Source: a virus | Lineage: Duplodnaviria; Heunggongvirae; Uroviricota; Caudoviricetes | Virus record (IMG/VR): IMGVR_UViG_2734482594_000015 | Reading direction: 5' to 3' (one strand) | Length of the DNA: 6,125 nucleotides | In this document: in pieces, positions 1 to 6,125 of the stretch | Position numbering within the stretch: the first letter of the stretch is position 1 | Layout: each line of letters opens with the position of its first letter | The notes under the pieces: model-generated | Told to the model about the DNA's origin: nothing | What the model saw: only the letters and a program-made list of their open reading frames with translations | Databases searched by the model: none | Program-made: the position numbers and the translations under genes

Positions 1-77
1 CTTTCTGGTGTGAGAACCTTAAGGAAACAACATGTTGGGTGGAGCGGACAATCCAAATGGCGAATTACCGTCTTATA

Positions 78-404
78 TCACTGGCGCTGACACTTCATCA
101 CCTCCGGACGTAAATCACCATCCTTTGGTGCATTCAGAAACGCGTTCAGTGTCCCCGGTGCATCAGTCGGTGCCACATCAATATCCCCGACACGGGTTGG
201 CTGCCAGCCGTTACAGTGAAGCGCAACCTCGTAATACCCCGGCTCAGCCTCAATCACATAAGCACCGTTATTGTCCGTCACGCAAGTGGCAACAACGTGT
301 GCCACAACGGTCGGACTGGTTCTTCTGGCCCGCAGTTCAATCGCACAATTTACGACAGGTTTACCCGCCCCATCTTTCAGTACACCTGAAATCTTTACTG
401 CCAT
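78..404 (-). CDS. stf: Side tail fibre (Stf-like) N-terminal domain fragment, truncated after about 108 aa
   Basis: Minus-strand ORF with ATG at 404-402 and TGA at 80-78. The product MAVKISGVLKDGAGKPVVNCAIELRARRTSPTVV...PGTLNAFLNAPKDGDLRPEV resembles the N-terminus of lambda Stf as I recall it (MAVKISGVLKDGTGKPVQNCTIQLKARR...PGTLNDFL...DDARPEV). It sits 63 nt downstream of lom, matching the lambda lom-stf spacing. The ORF track's longer start at 446 adds MTARWFRRAFCGVN, which has no counterpart in Stf and would overlap the hairpin at 421-440. Full-length Stf proteins are several hundred aa, so this is a fragment. Confidence 0.55.
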   Translation of the reverse strand: MAVKISGVLKDGAGKPVVNCAIELRARRTSPTVVAHVVATCVTDNNGAYVIEAEPGYYEVALHCNGWQPTRVGDIDVAPTDAPGTLNAFLNAPKDGDLRPEVMKCQRQ

Positions 405-415
405 ATTCACCCCAC

Positions 416-440
416 AAAAAGCCCGCCTGAACCAGCGGGC
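416..440 (-). terminator. Candidate intrinsic terminator downstream of lom
   Basis: On the minus strand: GCCCGC, loop TGGTTCAG, GCGGGC (6-bp GC-rich stem, plus-strand 421-440) followed directly by TTTTT (plus-strand 416-420). It lies between the lom stop and the stf-like start. Confidence 0.4.
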
Positions 441-467
441 AGTCATAACACTGTGTTACCTGGCTAA

Positions 468-1514
468 TCAGAACTTATAACCGACACCCACGATGAAACC
501 GTCAGTGCGCCAGTCACCACTGCCGGAACCTTCATAAGCAAGGTCAATGGCCACGGATTCGGTCGGGTTAAACTGCACGCCAGCCCCCCACGCCAGAGAC
601 GTGTTGCTGTGGCGACCGTCATCACTTCCGGTCAGCACATCGTGCGTTTTCCCCTTGTTGTCAGTTACGCGGAGATAATCCCCGGAGAAAGTCGACACAC
701 GGCTGTAAGCCACACCCGCCATCGCATACGCGCTGAACCANNNNNNNNNNNNNNNNNNNNNNNNNNNNNNNNNNNNNNNNNNNNNNNNNNNNNNNNNNNN
801 NNNNNNNNNNNNNNNNNNNNNNNNNNNNNNNNNNNNNNNNNNNNNNNNNNNNNNNNNNNNNNNNNNNNNNNNNNNNNNNNNNNNNNNNNNNNNNNNNNNN
901 NNNNNNNNNNNNNNNNNNNNNNNNNNNNNNNNNNNNNNNNNNNNNNNNNNNNNNNNNNNNNNNNNNNNNNNNNNNNNNNNNNNNNNNNNNNNNNNNNNNN
1001 NNNNNNNNNNNNNNNNNNNNNNNNNNNNNNNNNNNNNCGCCAGAGACGTGTTGCTGTGGCGACCGTCATCACTTCCGGTCAGCACATCGTGCGTTTTCCC
1101 CTTATTGTCAGTTACGCGGATATAATCCCCGGAAAAAGTCGACACACGGCTGTAAGCCACGCCCGCCATCGCATACGCGCTGAACCATTCATTCACGCGC
1201 ACAGACGGCCCCGCCATCACGCTGAACCAGCGGTTACGCACGGAATCCTCATGCCAGCGGGTATCGCTGTAACGGGTAAGCTGGCGATTCTTGTCTCCTG
1301 CATAGCTGAATGACGTCACCAGCCCCAGCGTATCCGTAAACTCATAACGGTATTTCACGTTAATGCCCTTCAGGTCATCGCTGCCTGGCATATCAGTATG
1401 GGTCTGAAGATACCCGGCGCTCAGCGTGGACTGATGTTCAGACGCCCATGCAGGCGCACCGGATACGGCCAGACAGATGGCTGCGGACAAAATGGCTGCA
1501 CAAACTTTACGCAT
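468..1514 (-). CDS. lom: Lom outer membrane protein (Ail/Lom/OmpX/PagC family beta-barrel); reading frame interrupted by an N-run and an internal 150-bp duplication
   Basis: ATG at 1514-1512, TGA at 470-468. A GAGAGG Shine-Dalgarno lies 5 nt upstream of the ATG. The N-terminus [28 protein letters not shown] is a typical signal peptide with an AxA cleavage site, and the C-terminus ...[10 protein letters not shown] ends in Phe as outer-membrane barrels usually do. The sequence closely resembles lambda Lom as I recall it. The 348-codon ORF is inflated by 297 N plus a repeated 150-nt segment; removing 447 nt gives about 199 aa, near the ~206 aa I recall for lambda Lom. Confidence 0.85.
   Translation of the reverse strand: MRKVCAAILSAAICLAVSGAPAWASEHQSTLSAGYLQTHTDMPGSDDLKGINVKYRYEFTDTLGLVTSFSYAGDKNRQLTRYSDTRWHEDSVRNRWFSVMAGPSVRVNEWFSAYAMAGVAYSRVSTFSGDYIRVTDNKGKTHDVLTGSDDGRHSNTSLAXXXXXXXXXXXXXXXXXXXXXXXXXXXXXXXXXXXXXXXXXXXXXXXXXXXXXXXXXXXXXXXXXXXXXXXXXXXXXXXXXXXXXXXXXXXXXXXXXXXWFSAYAMAGVAYSRVSTFSGDYLRVTDNKGKTHDVLTGSDDGRHSNTSLAWGAGVQFNPTESVAIDLAYEGSGSGDWRTDGFIVGVGYKF
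591..740. repeat. Direct repeat copy A (150 bp) abutting the left edge of the N-run inside lom
   Basis: 591-740 matches 1038-1187 with 4 mismatches in 150 nt (for example ccccttgttg vs ccccttattg, gcggagataa vs gcggatataa). Both copies encode [22 protein letters not shown](L/I)[27 protein letters not shown] in the lom frame. Confidence 0.9.
741..1037. other. Run of 297 N (assembly gap or masked sequence) inside lom
   Basis: Directly visible. Its length is a multiple of 3, and the track shows the lom frame continuing through it as X. Confidence 1.
1038..1187. repeat. Direct repeat copy B (150 bp) abutting the right edge of the N-run inside lom
   Basis: Partner of 591-740, beginning exactly at the first non-N base after the gap. 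Confidence 0.9.
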
Positions 1515-1519
1515 AATTA

Positions 1520-1525
1520 CCTCTC
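1520..1525 (-). promoter_or_regulatory. Shine-Dalgarno sequence of lom
   Basis: Minus-strand GAGAGG with a 5-nt spacer (TAATT) before the lom ATG at 1514. Confidence 0.5.
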
Positions 1526-1535
1526 GCTTTTCTGC

Positions 1536-1562
1536 AATAAAAAAGGCACCATTTCTGGTGCC
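1536..1562 (-). terminator. Candidate intrinsic terminator between J and lom
   Basis: On the minus strand: GGCACC, loop AGAAAT, GGTGCC (plus-strand 1545-1562) followed directly by TTTTTTATT (plus-strand 1536-1544). It lies in the 67-nt J-lom intergenic region; there is no T-run on the other strand. Confidence 0.45.
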
Positions 1563-1581
1563 CGTATCTGGGTTATAAAAT

Positions 1582-4500
1582 TCAGCTAATCGTGATGCCT
1601 GCAGTGGCTTTCTTCATCACCACAACCAGCAAATCGCTGATACTTGCTGTGGGATACCAGCCATTTACCAGCCATGCCGATACAGAAAACTCCAGCGTCA
1701 TGTGACCGTGACCGGCAGGCATATCAATAACACCCGTATATATCAGCGTATTATCCAGGGTCGTTCGGTTATAAATTTCAGCACCGTTTTTCTTCACTAT
1801 CAGGCGGCATGACGAATAAATATTGTTATTCTTCCGCTCATGTTTAGCACCGCGAAACGCCACCGCGGGAATAACAATTTGCCGATCAAACGGCTGATCG
1901 TCATAAACCCTGACGGTAATGGTCCCTGATGGCCACCTCTCCGGTGCCCGGGAGTCCCGTGGGAAAGGTTTGCCCACTGTTTTAACGAGATCGCCTTCAA
2001 TCTGGTTCGCGGACAATTTTCCCAGAACCCGACAGTTCTTATTAATCGTGACGTTGTTGAGCGTCCCGGAGTTCGCGTTCACGTTACCGCTGATATCGGC
2101 ATTTTTCGCCGTCAGCCGTCCGCCAGGTGTCAGGGAAAATGCCGGAGGATTACCGCCGCTGGTAATGGTCGGAGCCGTCAGGCATTTCAGGAACACGTCG
2201 TTCATGAATATCTGATCGCCCTGACCAACAAACATCGGCTTTGTGTTGCCATTCGCAGGATTAATCATCGCAATCCTGTCTGCCGCCAGCAGCACCTGAC
2301 TCTGCATTCCTGCTGGCGTATTCTCAATACCGGCACCGATACCCGCAATATAAAGGCGTCCGTCCTTCATCTGTTGCAGCTTCACAGCCCACATGCTGTT
2401 CAGGTTATTATTTGTATCAACCTGAACTTTCTGTATCTGCTGGATTGCAGCACTCTGATTTTCCAGTTTTTTATTGACGGTTTGCGTGATTTCATTGCTG
2501 ACATTCGTAATGGACGTCCTGATTTCAGTCAGGTCCGGCGCAAGCTGACCGTTATCAATCTGCGTCCACAACTCCTTGCCGAGATGCGTTTTATTGATCA
2601 ACCCTTTATAAAAATTCAGATAACCTTCTGCATCATCGCTCGCCCGACCGATGGCCTCCACAAATGCCGATTTGCCAACGGTGTTCACACTGCGAACGTA
2701 AAAATAATAATCATGGCCCGGCCTGATATTGATACTGGCGGCTATCCAGTACAGCGCCGTGCCAAGATAGCGGGCGCTGGTTTCAACCTGCCTGATATCC
2801 GCAATCCGCTTTTCCGAAAACCAGAACTCAAACTGCACCGTCGGGTCATATACAGCCAGTTTCGGGACCGCCGTTATCTGAAAATACCCCGGTATCAGTT
2901 CAATAGTGACAGGCGCTGCCGGTGCCGCAATCCGGAACGATACCGACGCCGGATCGCCCTGCTGCCCCCGGGCATTTACCGCCCGGACTGTCAGACTGTA
3001 ATTCCCCAGCGCCAGCTGCCTGAAGCGGTATGTGGTTTCCGTCGTCCTGGCTGTGCTGACCAGCCGCTCACTGCCGTCGTCCGCTGCCACGGTCAGGCGA
3101 AGCAGGAAGCTCACACCCTTCACCACCTTCGGCGTGTCCCATCGCGCCAGCACCTGATATTCCCCGCTGTCTGCGGTGACTTCGGCGGTCAGATGCTGCA
3201 CCGCTGGCGGCGTGACACCATTCACCGTGCCGCGCCGGTCACCGTCAAAGTGTGCCCCGTTATCCACGATGGCCTCTTTTTCCGGCACATGCTGCACGGC
3301 GGTGATGGCATACGTGCCGTCGTCGTTCTCACGGATACTCACGCAGCGGAACAGACGCTGGCGCAGCGTCGGCAGCTTCAGCCCCCACACGCTGTATTCT
3401 GCAACGCCGTCAGGAACCCGGCTCACTTTCACCTTCACGCCGTCGGTGACGGACTGGACCTCCACGCTGACCGGATTGCCACTTCCGTCAACCAGGCTTA
3501 TCAGCGTGGTACCGGAGGACGGCAGCGTGATTTCACGGTCGAGCGTCAGCGTCCGGGTCTGGCTGTTCACCGCCAGTACGCGACCACCGGTGCTGATACC
3601 GGCATAATCATCATCGCAGATTTCAATGACATCACCCGGTACATGGCGAAGCCCTTCTGCGCCCACGCTGAAGTCCACGGTCTGCGTTTCCAGCAGTTCC
3701 GTTTTAATCAGCCACAGCCCGGCTCGGTGTGCCTGCCCCCGGCTGGTACAGCCAAAGGCATCCATCTTCGTGACATTACGACCGTAACGGGCAATGGCCT
3801 GCGTATCCTCCACAAGCTCTGTCGCCGTCTCCCAGCCGTTATCTGGGTCAATCCAGTTCACCTCAACGGCATTATGGCGGTCCTTCAGGGCGCTGAAGCT
3901 GTAGCGGAACGGCGCGCCATCGTCCGGCATCACCACATTACTGCGGTTATAGGTCCACACCTTATCCGACGGTCGGTCCTGCACGAACGTCAGCATCTGT
4001 CCGTTCCATACCGGCATACAGCGCATCGCCGAGCAGAAATCACTGAGAACATCCCACGCCTTACGCTGTGTGGTCAGGTAAGAGTTACAGGTGATGCGCG
4101 GCTCCGTGCCGCCAAATCCGTCCGTCACTGACTGGTCGCAGTACTGGCCGATGACATACAGCGCCCATTTGTCCACATCTGCCGCACCAAGACGTTTCCC
4201 CATGCCGTAGCGCGGATGAGTGAGCATGTCCCACAGACACCAGGCCATGTTGTTGCTGTATGCTGGCTTAAGCGTTCCGTCCCAGATACCGCTGTATTGC
4301 CGCGTCTGCGGGTTATAGTTCGACGGCACCTGCAGAATGCGCCCGCGAAGATGATAATTGCGACTCACCTGCTGGTTACCGAACTGCTCTGAATCCACCT
4401 GCACGCCGACCAGCGCCGTGTTCGGGTAGCACTGTTTCACATCGATGATTTCGGTGTACGACGACCAGAGCGTTTTGTTCTGCAGCTGGTCTGTGGTGCT

Positions 4501-5061
4501 GTCCGGTGTCATCCTGCGCATCCGGATATTAAACGGGCGCGGCGGCAGGTTACCCACCACCACCGAGGCCAGATACTGCGAAGTGGTTTTGCCCTTAATG
4601 GTGATGTCTTTTTCCGTCACCCAGCCACCGTTACGCTGTATCTGAACCAGCAGGCGGACTTCCGACGGATTCCGGTCACCCTTTGAGGTGGTTTCCACCA
4701 GTGCCTGCACACCGAAGGTCAGGCGCAGACGGTCGATGTTTGCCGACGTGATGGTCCGGGTGATCGGCGTGTCATATTTCACTTCCGTACCCAGCACCGT
4801 CTCGGAGCCGGAGGATTCAAAACCCTCCGGCGGTGTCTGCTCCTGCTCACCTGCACGGAACACCACCGTAACACCGGAAAAGTTTGTCTTCCCCTCGCTG
4901 TCCAGGACCGGCGTACCGTTCAGCAGCACGCTTTTTAATCCATCCACCGGACCGTCAACCGGCCCTTCGCTGATGGCATCAATCACACTCAGCAACTGCG
5001 TGGATTTCAGGTTGTCCTTCGCTTCGCGCGGGGTATGCCCCTTACTGCTGCCTTTACCCAT
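1582..5061 (-). CDS. J: Tail tip host specificity protein J (central tail fibre), 1159 aa
   Basis: Uninterrupted 3480-nt minus-strand ORF with ATG at 5061-5059 and TGA at 1584-1582. GAGG lies just upstream of the ATG. The N-terminus [34 protein letters not shown]... and most of the first ~810 residues closely match lambda gpJ (1132 aa) as I recall it. The C-terminal ~345 residues are homologous but clearly diverged. Confidence 0.95.
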   Translation of the reverse strand: MGKGSSKGHTPREAKDNLKSTQLLSVIDAISEGPVDGPVDGLKSVLLNGTPVLDSEGKTNFSGVTVVFRAGEQEQTPPEGFESSGSETVLGTEVKYDTPITRTITSANIDRLRLTFGVQALVETTSKGDRNPSEVRLLVQIQRNGGWVTEKDITIKGKTTSQYLASVVVGNLPPRPFNIRMRRMTPDSTTDQLQNKTLWSSYTEIIDVKQCYPNTALVGVQVDSEQFGNQQVSRNYHLRGRILQVPSNYNPQTRQYSGIWDGTLKPAYSNNMAWCLWDMLTHPRYGMGKRLGAADVDKWALYVIGQYCDQSVTDGFGGTEPRITCNSYLTTQRKAWDVLSDFCSAMRCMPVWNGQMLTFVQDRPSDKVWTYNRSNVVMPDDGAPFRYSFSALKDRHNAVEVNWIDPDNGWETATELVEDTQAIARYGRNVTKMDAFGCTSRGQAHRAGLWLIKTELLETQTVDFSVGAEGLRHVPGDVIEICDDDYAGISTGGRVLAVNSQTRTLTLDREITLPSSGTTLISLVDGSGNPVSVEVQSVTDGVKVKVSRVPDGVAEYSVWGLKLPTLRQRLFRCVSIRENDDGTYAITAVQHVPEKEAIVDNGAHFDGDRRGTVNGVTPPAVQHLTAEVTADSGEYQVLARWDTPKVVKGVSFLLRLTVAADDGSERLVSTARTTETTYRFRQLALGNYSLTVRAVNARGQQGDPASVSFRIAAPAAPVTIELIPGYFQITAVPKLAVYDPTVQFEFWFSEKRIADIRQVETSARYLGTALYWIAASINIRPGHDYYFYVRSVNTVGKSAFVEAIGRASDDAEGYLNFYKGLINKTHLGKELWTQIDNGQLAPDLTEIRTSITNVSNEITQTVNKKLENQSAAIQQIQKVQVDTNNNLNSMWAVKLQQMKDGRLYIAGIGAGIENTPAGMQSQVLLAADRIAMINPANGNTKPMFVGQGDQIFMNDVFLKCLTAPTITSGGNPPAFSLTPGGRLTAKNADISGNVNANSGTLNNVTINKNCRVLGKLSANQIEGDLVKTVGKPFPRDSRAPERWPSGTITVRVYDDQPFDRQIVIPAVAFRGAKHERKNNNIYSSCRLIVKKNGAEIYNRTTLDNTLIYTGVIDMPAGHGHMTLEFSVSAWLVNGWYPTASISDLLVVVMKKATAGITIS

Positions 5062-5102
5062 TCCTCACGCTCCATAAACGACAAAACCGCCCGCAGGCGG
5101 TT

Positions 5103-5804
5103 TCACATAAAACATTTTGCATCAGCGACCAANNNNNNNNNNNNNNNNNNNNNNNNNNNNNNNNNNNNNNNNNNNNNNNNNNNNNNNNNNNNNNNNNNNN
5201 NNNNNNNNNNNNNNNNNNNNNNNNNNNNNNNNNNNNNNNNNNNNNNNNNNNNNNNNNNNNNNNNNNNNNNNNNNNNNNNNNNNNNNNNNNNNNNNNNNNN
5301 NNNNNNNNNNNNNNNNNNNNNNNNNNNNNNNNNNNNNNNNNNNNNNNNNNNNNNNNNNNNNNNNNNNNNNNNNNNNNNNNNNNNNNNNNNNNNNNNNNNN
5401 NNNNNNNNNNNNNNNNNNNNNNNATTACTCGCCATAATTCCTACCCCCGGCATCCATATAGCAACCGCCATAACAGCCGCCCCCAGCACCGCCTGAAACA
5501 CACCGCCACTTTTAGCTCCCACCAGACGCGGTACTATGTGGATCACTGCACCATTTGCCAGCGGCTCATTAAGACGGGCAGACAATTCGGTTTCACCTGC
5601 ATCACGCCCGGCAATGCGCACCTGATACCAGCCGTCACTCAGTTTCTGACGAAACGCCGGGAGCTGTGTGGCCAGTGCCCGGATGGCTTCAGCCCCCGTT
5701 TTCACACGAAGGTCGATGCGGCGACCAAATCGTTGTAAATCCCCGTAAAGGCAGATGCGCGCCATGCCCGGTGACGCCAGAGGGAGTGTGTGCGTCGCTG
5801 CCAT
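5103..5804 (-). CDS. I: Tail assembly protein I; central part hidden by an N-run
   Basis: ATG at 5804-5802. The N-terminal 127 aa (MAATHTLPLASPGMARICLYGDLQRFGRRIDLRVKTGAEAIRALATQLPAFRQKLSDGWYQVRIAGRD...) resemble lambda gpI. The start overlaps the 3' end of K as in lambda. The stop at 5105-5103 is only valid if the 291-nt N-run (97 codons) preserves the true length and frame; the resulting 233 codons compare with about 223 in lambda. Confidence 0.75.
   Translation of the reverse strand: MAATHTLPLASPGMARICLYGDLQRFGRRIDLRVKTGAEAIRALATQLPAFRQKLSDGWYQVRIAGRDAGETELSARLNEPLANGAVIHIVPRLVGAKSGGVFQAVLGAAVMAVAIWMPGVGIMASNXXXXXXXXXXXXXXXXXXXXXXXXXXXXXXXXXXXXXXXXXXXXXXXXXXXXXXXXXXXXXXXXXXXXXXXXXXXXXXXXXXXXXXXXXXXXXXXXXLVADAKCFM
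5133..5423. other. Run of 291 N (assembly gap or masked sequence) inside I
   Basis: Directly visible. Its length is a multiple of 3. No duplicated flanks were detected. Confidence 1.
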
Positions 5805-6125
5805 TTGTCGGTGTACCTCTCTCGTTTGCTCAGTTGTTCAGGAATATGGTGCAGCAGCCCGCCGTCACCGCAGTAAATGGCGGCATGATTCGGCACCGAT
5901 GAACCAAAACAGCACAGCAGCACATCGCCCGGCTGTGCCTCTGTCAGTGCGACACGGTAAAAACCCGTCACCTCCATATTGTCAAGATAGAGATTCTGAC
6001 CGTTACGCCACCAGTCATCCCCGCGATGAAAATCCGGCATCTCAATCCCTGCCAGATGATAAGCATCCCGGAACAGCGTGTAACAGTCCGTCACCCCGTG
6101 CTCAAAGCGCCGCCCGGTGAGATGC
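5702..6125 (-). CDS. K: Tail tip assembly protein K, C-terminal (NlpC/P60-like) part; 5'-partial, start lies beyond the window
   Basis: The minus-strand frame is open from the window edge to TGA at 5704-5702. The translation ...HLTGRRFEHGVTDCYTLFRDAYHLAGIEMPDFHRGDDWWRNGQNLYLDN...WRHRAWRASAFTGIYNDLVAASTFV matches the C-terminal half of lambda gpK as I recall it. The M at 6094 in the ORF track is an internal GTG (Val) codon, not a start. Confidence 0.85.
   Translation of the reverse strand, partial: HLTGRRFEHGVTDCYTLFRDAYHLAGIEMPDFHRGDDWWRNGQNLYLDNMEVTGFYRVALTEAQPGDVLLCCFGSSVPNHAAIYCGDGGLLHHIPEQLSKRERYTDKWQRRTHSLWRHRAWRASAFTGIYNDLVAASTFV

Noticed and set aside
32-430. A 132-aa plus-strand ORF antisense to the stf fragment, with an AAGGA Shine-Dalgarno-like motif 6 nt before its ATG.
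   Set aside because: The product is Pro/Ser/His/Gln-rich and low-complexity with no recognisable domain, and it lies wholly opposite a region with clear Stf homology on the other strand. It is most likely a chance antisense ORF. I cannot fully exclude a small overlapping gene, and ribosome profiling would settle it.
405-446. The longer stf start at 446 suggested by the ORF track.
   Set aside because: The extra 14 residues have no counterpart in the Stf N-terminus, and that start would overlap the hairpin at 421-440. The ATG at 404 matches the conserved MAVKISG start.
741-1037. An insertion sequence or transposon inserted into lom and hidden by the N-run.
   Set aside because: The flanking repeat is 150 bp with 4 mismatches and is itself lom coding sequence. 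That does not look like a short perfect target-site duplication, and no transposase-like sequence or terminal inverted repeats are visible at the edges.
609-1313. ORFs on either strand that run through the N-runs (609-1313 plus, 665-1072 minus, 5035-5496 plus, 5117-5437 plus).
   Set aside because: They stay open only because N codons are translated as X and cannot be stops. They are artefacts of the gaps.
2374-4131. A 585-aa plus-strand ORF lying entirely inside J on the opposite strand.
   Set aside because: It is in the codon-aligned antisense frame of J, where stops arise only from TTA, CTA and TCA codons that J uses rarely. The product is Arg/His/Pro-rich and low-complexity, typical of a shadow ORF. 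The same applies to the other plus-strand ORFs inside J (1919-2215, 3176-3607, 4445-4645, 4688-5077) and the short minus-strand ORF 1800-2000.
6092-6094. The M at 6094 as the start of K.
   Set aside because: The codon is GTG inside a frame that stays open to the window edge, and the upstream residues (HLTGRRFEHG) continue the gpK match. K is 5'-truncated by the window.
5538-6120. Plus-strand ORFs of 66 to 121 aa antisense to K and I (5538-5738, 5666-5902, 5755-6120), and the 63-aa plus-strand ORF 1398-1589 across the lom start.
   Set aside because: They are short, opposite well-supported tail genes, lack convincing translation signals, and have biased composition. I treat them as shadow ORFs.
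1-6125. A novel defence, toxin-antitoxin or CRISPR system somewhere in the window.
   Set aside because: Essentially every base outside the two N-runs is accounted for by K, I, J, lom, the stf fragment and short lambda-like intergenic spacers. There are no repeat-spacer arrays, RNA-gene-like structures or unassigned ORFs with credible signals.

Overview
This window is the tail-tip end of a lambda-like siphophage or prophage late operon, with every gene on the minus strand. Reading in the direction of transcription (high to low coordinates) it holds a 5'-partial K, then I (overlapping K by 103 nt), J (1159 aa), lom, and a short N-terminal fragment of a side tail fibre gene (stf-like). Gene order and intergenic spacing match phage lambda (K-I-J-lom-stf). 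All homology statements rest on my recollection of the lambda proteins, not on a computed alignment. Two runs of N (741-1037 and 5133-5423) interrupt lom and I. The lom run is flanked by a 150-bp imperfect direct repeat and looks like an unmerged contig overlap, so the two sides of that gap may not be contiguous in the real genome. I see no CRISPR array, RNA gene, transposase or recognisable defence or toxin system, and no evidence of a previously undescribed system. The points most worth follow-up are the diverged C-terminal third of J (likely a different receptor specificity), the truncated stf, and the duplicated, gapped lom.
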